Positions 60,141-64,000 of a stretch of 64,000 nt of DNA are shown here, one piece after another. The stretch is from Candidatus Methanomethylicia archaeon (GTDB lineage Archaea > Thermoproteota > Methanomethylicia > Culexarchaeales > Culexarchaeaceae). The stretch lies in NCBI GenBank assembly GCA_038727515.1, contig JAVYVS010000004.1, forward strand, positions 1-64,000. Reading direction: 5' to 3'. Within the stretch, counting starts at the first letter, position 1. Each line of letters opens with the position of its first letter. Below the pieces are notes generated by a model. The model made no database searches and was not told where the DNA came from. It saw nothing but the letters and a program-made list of their open reading frames with translations. The translations under genes and the position numbers were made by a program.

Positions 60141-61688
60141 TTGGATTTGGATTTATTGGCTGGTCAAATGATTATGATGGGTTTTGATGGTTTAGAGCTT
60201 AATTCTGAAATTATGGATGCTTTAAAGAGGATTAAACCTTGTGGTTTAGTCTTTTTCAGAAGGAATATGGCTAATTGGAATCAAGTTAAGAAGCTTATAA
60301 GAGATTTACAAAATTATGCTTCTAGCATTGGACTTCCACCATTAATTATTGCTTTAGATCATGAGGGTGGACCAGTATTTAGGATGGCTAGTCGTTTAAC
60401 CCCTCTTCCCAGCGCTATGGCTTTAGGTGCATCCAATGATCCATCTATGGTTGATTGTATAGCTAGAATTGCAGGTCAAGAACTTAAAGCTTTAGGATTT
60501 AATTTGAATTTTGCTCCTGTAGCTGATCTCAATACTAATCCAAGGAATCCAGTTATAGGTATTAGATCTTTCGGGGATGATCCATTTAAAGTTGCTAATA
60601 TGGTTTCCAGATATGTTTCATCTCTTCAATCTACTGGTGTTATGGCTACTGCTAAACATTTTCCAGGTCATGGTGATACATCTGTAGATTCCCATTTAGA
60701 TCTTCCTATTGTAGATGTTGATTTAAATGTTTTATTGAATAGAGAGCTTATACCATTTAAAGCTGCTATTGATGCTGGTGTTTCATGTATAATGACTTCC
60801 CATGTATGTTTCCCAAGGGTTGATTCTTCGAATCTTCCAGCAACATTCTCTAAATATCTCTTAAGGGATGTTTTAAGGGGTATGCTTGGTTTTAATGGTG
60901 TAATAATTTCTGATGCTCTTGAAATGAAGGCTATTAGCAGTAGATTTGATGTTGATGATGTAGCTCTTTATGGTTTAAATGCTGGTTTAAATATTCTACT
61001 TAGGGGTGGAGATTTAAATTATATTTTTGATTTAAAGGATTCAATTTTAAAACTCGTTAAGAGTGGAGGGGTAGATCCAAAACTATTATATGATTCCTAT
61101 ATTAGGATTGAAGCCCTTAGGAATAAGATTAATTCTTATTCATCTCCCATTGAAGTTTCAATTAAAAATTTGAGGAAGAATAGAATGCTTTCCATGGATG
61201 TTTCTCTATCCTCCATAACCATTTTGAAAAGTGATTTATTTAGACCATTAAAGGGTTATAATTCTATTGCCATCCTCATTCCAAGGATGCTTCAACGTTT
61301 CTTATCTAATTTTAGTTCTGAAGTTGTCAATTTATTTGTTGGTGAATTTGGGAGTTACATTGATACTTTGGTTATATCATTTTATGATGAAGATGTAAAC
61401 TTTGATGATTTAATGGATATTGTTTATAATGTGGATGGTGTTGTCTTCTTCACTTATAATGCAATTTTCCATAGGTTTCAATTGGATTTATATGAGAAGA
61501 TTAAAGATAGGGTTTTAATGGTTGTTGCAGCAGGTTCACCTTATGATGCTGAATTAATTGATGGAGATAAACCTATAGCTTTAACCTATGGATTAAATCC
61601 AATAGTCTTATCTGCTCTTGTAGATGTTTTATGTGGTGTTTGTGAAGCTCATGGTATTCTTCCAGTTAAATTGAATTTGAAAAGCTAG
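60141..61688 (+). CDS. nagZ: GH3 beta-N-acetylhexosaminidase (two-domain)
   Basis: DHEGG, APVAD, IRSFG, the NagZ signature KHFPGHGDTSVDSH and nucleophile ISDALEM. TTG start at 60141 preferred. Confidence 0.93.
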   Translation: MDLDLLAGQMIMMGFDGLELNSEIMDALKRIKPCGLVFFRRNMANWNQVKKLIRDLQNYASSIGLPPLIIALDHEGGPVFRMASRLTPLPSAMALGASNDPSMVDCIARIAGQELKALGFNLNFAPVADLNTNPRNPVIGIRSFGDDPFKVANMVSRYVSSLQSTGVMATAKHFPGHGDTSVDSHLDLPIVDVDLNVLLNRELIPFKAAIDAGVSCIMTSHVCFPRVDSSNLPATFSKYLLRDVLRGMLGFNGVIISDALEMKAISSRFDVDDVALYGLNAGLNILLRGGDLNYIFDLKDSILKLVKSGGVDPKLLYDSYIRIEALRNKINSYSSPIEVSIKNLRKNRMLSMDVSLSSITILKSDLFRPLKGYNSIAILIPRMLQRFLSNFSSEVVNLFVGEFGSYIDTLVISFYDEDVNFDDLMDIVYNVDGVVFFTYNAIFHRFQLDLYEKIKDRVLMVVAAGSPYDAELIDGDKPIALTYGLNPIVLSALVDVLCGVCEAHGILPVKLNLKS

Positions 61689-62836
61689 TATATGTGGTAT
61701 TTTTCCTTTTCATAAGCATATTTCAATAATTCTTCTTCTACTTCATCTACTATTGCCCATGGGTCTTCATCTTCATCTATTGATCTTCTAATTTTACTTG
61801 TTCCCGTTAAGATATCCATCCAATATTTCCCCTTAACCTTCCTCCATTGGAATTTCTCTGGGTATAGTCTTTTTATTGTACTTATTATTTGTAGTCCAGT
61901 TAGGAATGGTCTGAATAATCCCCTATCCATCACATATATTTCTACTCCTCCACATAATTTCCCTCTATATTTACCGCTATTTGGTTTGAATGTTAATGGT
62001 CTAAATTTAACTCCACTTAATCCAGTTTTATTTAGTTCTTCTGATAGTTTCTTTGGTTTTATCCATGGTGCTCCAATTACTTGGAATGGTTTTGTAGTTC
62101 CCCTCCCCTCAGATATGTTTGTAGCTTCAATTAAACATGTTCCAATGTATACATGTGCTGTTTCTGGTGTTGGCATATTTGGTGATGGTGGAATCCATGG
62201 TAATCCAGTTTGATCAAACCATAAGCTTCTACTCCAACCCTCCATGGATACAACTCTTAAATCAGCTTTTAAATGGTATTTCTCATTTAGATATGTAGCT
62301 ATTTCCCCTATGGTTAATCCATATCTAACTGGTATTTCAGCTATTCCAACGAAAGATCTATATTCTCCCTCTAGTATTGGTCCCTCTAATATTTCTCCTG
62401 TTATTGGGTTTGGTCTATCTAATACTATAATTTTCAATTCATTTTCTCCACATGCTTCTAAACAGTAGTAGAGGGTTGAGATATATGTATACCATCTTGC
62501 ACCTACATCTTGTAAATCAAATACTAGTGCTTCTAAATCCTCCATATCTTCTCTTCTTGGTTTATAGTTTAATCCATATAGGCTTTTTATTTCAACTTTA
62601 TACTCTTCGTCATAATATGATGTGGTTATAGGTTTTGTTTCTGTAATTGTAAATCCATGTTCAGGGGTGAATACCCTTTTAACTTGGCATTTCCCAATTC
62701 TCCTTGCTTCATCTATTATATGTGTGAATTGTGGAGTTACACTTGATTGATTTGCCACTATCCCTATACTTCTACCTCTTAAATCTCCAAAATCTTCTTC
62801 TATTAATATTTCCAATCCAATTTTCACTCTATCCAA
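61685..62836 (-). CDS. namZ: Exo-beta-N-acetylmuramidase (DUF1343/GH171)
   Basis: PEHG, SLYG, FDLQDVGARWYTY, LDRPNP, PSPNMP, SEGRGTTKPF. Confidence 0.93.
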   Translation of the reverse strand: MDRVKIGLEILIEEDFGDLRGRSIGIVANQSSVTPQFTHIIDEARRIGKCQVKRVFTPEHGFTITETKPITTSYYDEEYKVEIKSLYGLNYKPRREDMEDLEALVFDLQDVGARWYTYISTLYYCLEACGENELKIIVLDRPNPITGEILEGPILEGEYRSFVGIAEIPVRYGLTIGEIATYLNEKYHLKADLRVVSMEGWSRSLWFDQTGLPWIPPSPNMPTPETAHVYIGTCLIEATNISEGRGTTKPFQVIGAPWIKPKKLSEELNKTGLSGVKFRPLTFKPNSGKYRGKLCGGVEIYVMDRGLFRPFLTGLQIISTIKRLYPEKFQWRKVKGKYWMDILTGTSKIRRSIDEDEDPWAIVDEVEEELLKYAYEKEKYHIY

Positions 62837-63770
62837 TTTTCTTCACCTTTGCTATTTCTATAGCTTTTAATGGTATTCCACCAGCTTCTTCCAAGAGTTT
62901 TTCAGCTTCTTCTTTGCTTAAGTTTGTTTTAGCCATTATTATTGCTAATATAACATTACCATTTGCTTCCAATAATTTTTCTTCAGCTTCTTCATATGAT
63001 ACTCCTGCTTCCTCCATTATTATCCTTTTAGCTCTTTCCCTAAGTTTATCGCTTACTGGAGTTAGATTTATCATATGTCCACTTTTTACTCTACCAAGTT
63101 TTATCATAGCTGTAGTACTCATCATTGTTAATATAACCTTTTGTGCTGTTGCTGCCTTCATCCTTGTTGATCCAGTTATAACTTCTGGCCCTGTTTCTGG
63201 TGCTATTACTATATCTGCATATTTTGTTATTTCACCCTTCCGATTACTTGTTATTGCTATTGTTTTTGCACCTATACTTTTTGCATATTTTAATGCTGAT
63301 ATTACGAAGGGTGTTCTTCCACTAGCACTTATACCCACAATTACATCTCCACTTTTAATCCTCCTAGCTTTTAATTCTCTTATTGCTGTTTCTTCATCAT
63401 CTTCAGCTCCTTCTATTGGTCTAAATATTGCTCCAGGTCCTCCTGCAATTATTGCTTCCACAGTTTCTGGTCCAATATTGAAGGTTGGTAGTAGTTCTGC
63501 TGCATCCATTACTGCCAATCTACCGCTTGTTCCAGCTCCAATATATATCATCTTCCCCCCATTGGATATGGCTTCAACTATTAATTCTACTGCTTTACAT
63601 ATATTCTCCAATTCTCTTCCCACAGCTTCCACAGCCTTTTTATCTTCTTCATTTATTATGCGTAGTATCTCTATTGTTGGCATATTCTCTATATCTTGTA
63701 TACCCTTAATTTTTGATTCTGTAGGTGTTTCCTCTAATTCTTTAAATATCTTTAATCTATCTTTATACAT
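62829..63770 (-). CDS. murQ: N-acetylmuramic acid 6-phosphate etherase
   Basis: GAGTSGRL, DAAE..PTF, EGAED, SASGRTP, GPEVITGSTRMKAATAQK. Confidence 0.96.
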   Translation of the reverse strand: MYKDRLKIFKELEETPTESKIKGIQDIENMPTIEILRIINEEDKKAVEAVGRELENICKAVELIVEAISNGGKMIYIGAGTSGRLAVMDAAELLPTFNIGPETVEAIIAGGPGAIFRPIEGAEDDEETAIRELKARRIKSGDVIVGISASGRTPFVISALKYAKSIGAKTIAITSNRKGEITKYADIVIAPETGPEVITGSTRMKAATAQKVILTMMSTTAMIKLGRVKSGHMINLTPVSDKLRERAKRIIMEEAGVSYEEAEEKLLEANGNVILAIIMAKTNLSKEEAEKLLEEAGGIPLKAIEIAKVKKIG

Positions 63771-64000
63771 ATGCCCATTCCTCTATGTTTCTTATGATTT
63801 CATTGTTTATTTCTATTCCCATTTCCCTTAATCCCATTAATATTGTTCCAGCTATCCCTCTATATTTACACTTTACAACTTCTACTTCTGGGTATTCTCC
63901 CTCTAATTCTTTCTTTATCTTTTCCAATAATCTCTTGGATGTTTTAAATAATCCTCCAAAACATTGTACTTCACACTTCCCATATCCACTTTTCCTTATC
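63763..64000 (-). CDS. C-terminus of a BadF/BadG-family sugar kinase (GlcNAc/MurNAc kinase-like); starts beyond the window
   Basis: Manual translation IRKSGYGKCEVQCFGGLFKTSKRLLEKIKKEL...GIAGTILMGL...WAYV*. GGLF and the terminal G-x-x-L helix fit the ASKHA BadF fold; the stop overlaps the murQ start. Confidence 0.55.
   Translation of the reverse strand, partial: IRKSGYGKCEVQCFGGLFKTSKRLLEKIKKELEGEYPEVEVVKCKYRGIAGTILMGLREMGIEINNEIIRNIEEWAYV

Noticed and set aside
334-63709. Numerous 60-150 aa ORFs antisense to or nested in called genes
   Set aside because: They overlap well-supported genes and lack motifs or ribosome-binding sites.
62731-63831. 366-aa plus-strand ORF
   Set aside because: Antisense shadow of murQ; Ser/Ile/Phe-rich with no motif.

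Overview
AT-rich archaeal genomic DNA. Evidence: TTTATA/TTTAAATA boxes, GGTGA ribosome-binding motifs, AGA/ATA-rich codon use, archaeal ATPase, DUF3782-type and PIN/AbrB genes; probably a TACK-type lineage (inference). Three parts. (1) 1-9.2 kb: 3' end of an Ig-repeat surface protein, a GT-C-like membrane protein, glmS, a DUF5320/DUF134/NifX-like module with palindromic operators, DUF72, an M14 hydrolase and a VapBC pair. (2) About 9.3-46 kb: a mosaic surface-glycan biosynthesis island with rfbABCD, three wecB copies, many GT2/GT4 genes, five methyltransferases, epimerases, a DegT aminotransferase, a 1320-aa GT-C-like protein, an ATP-grasp-HAD fusion, toxin-antitoxin modules and many pseudogenes. 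Two island genes are interrupted exactly at simple-sequence repeats. (3) 46-64 kb: metabolic and stress genes. Most notable are a near-complete bacterial-type peptidoglycan sugar salvage set (anmK, nagZ, namZ, murQ and a partial BadF-family kinase) in an archaeon, and a threonine-synthase-like protein lacking the PLP lysine fused to a winged-helix domain. No rRNA, tRNA, CRISPR array or intact transposase was recognised. Family calls come from motif recognition only; no searches were run.
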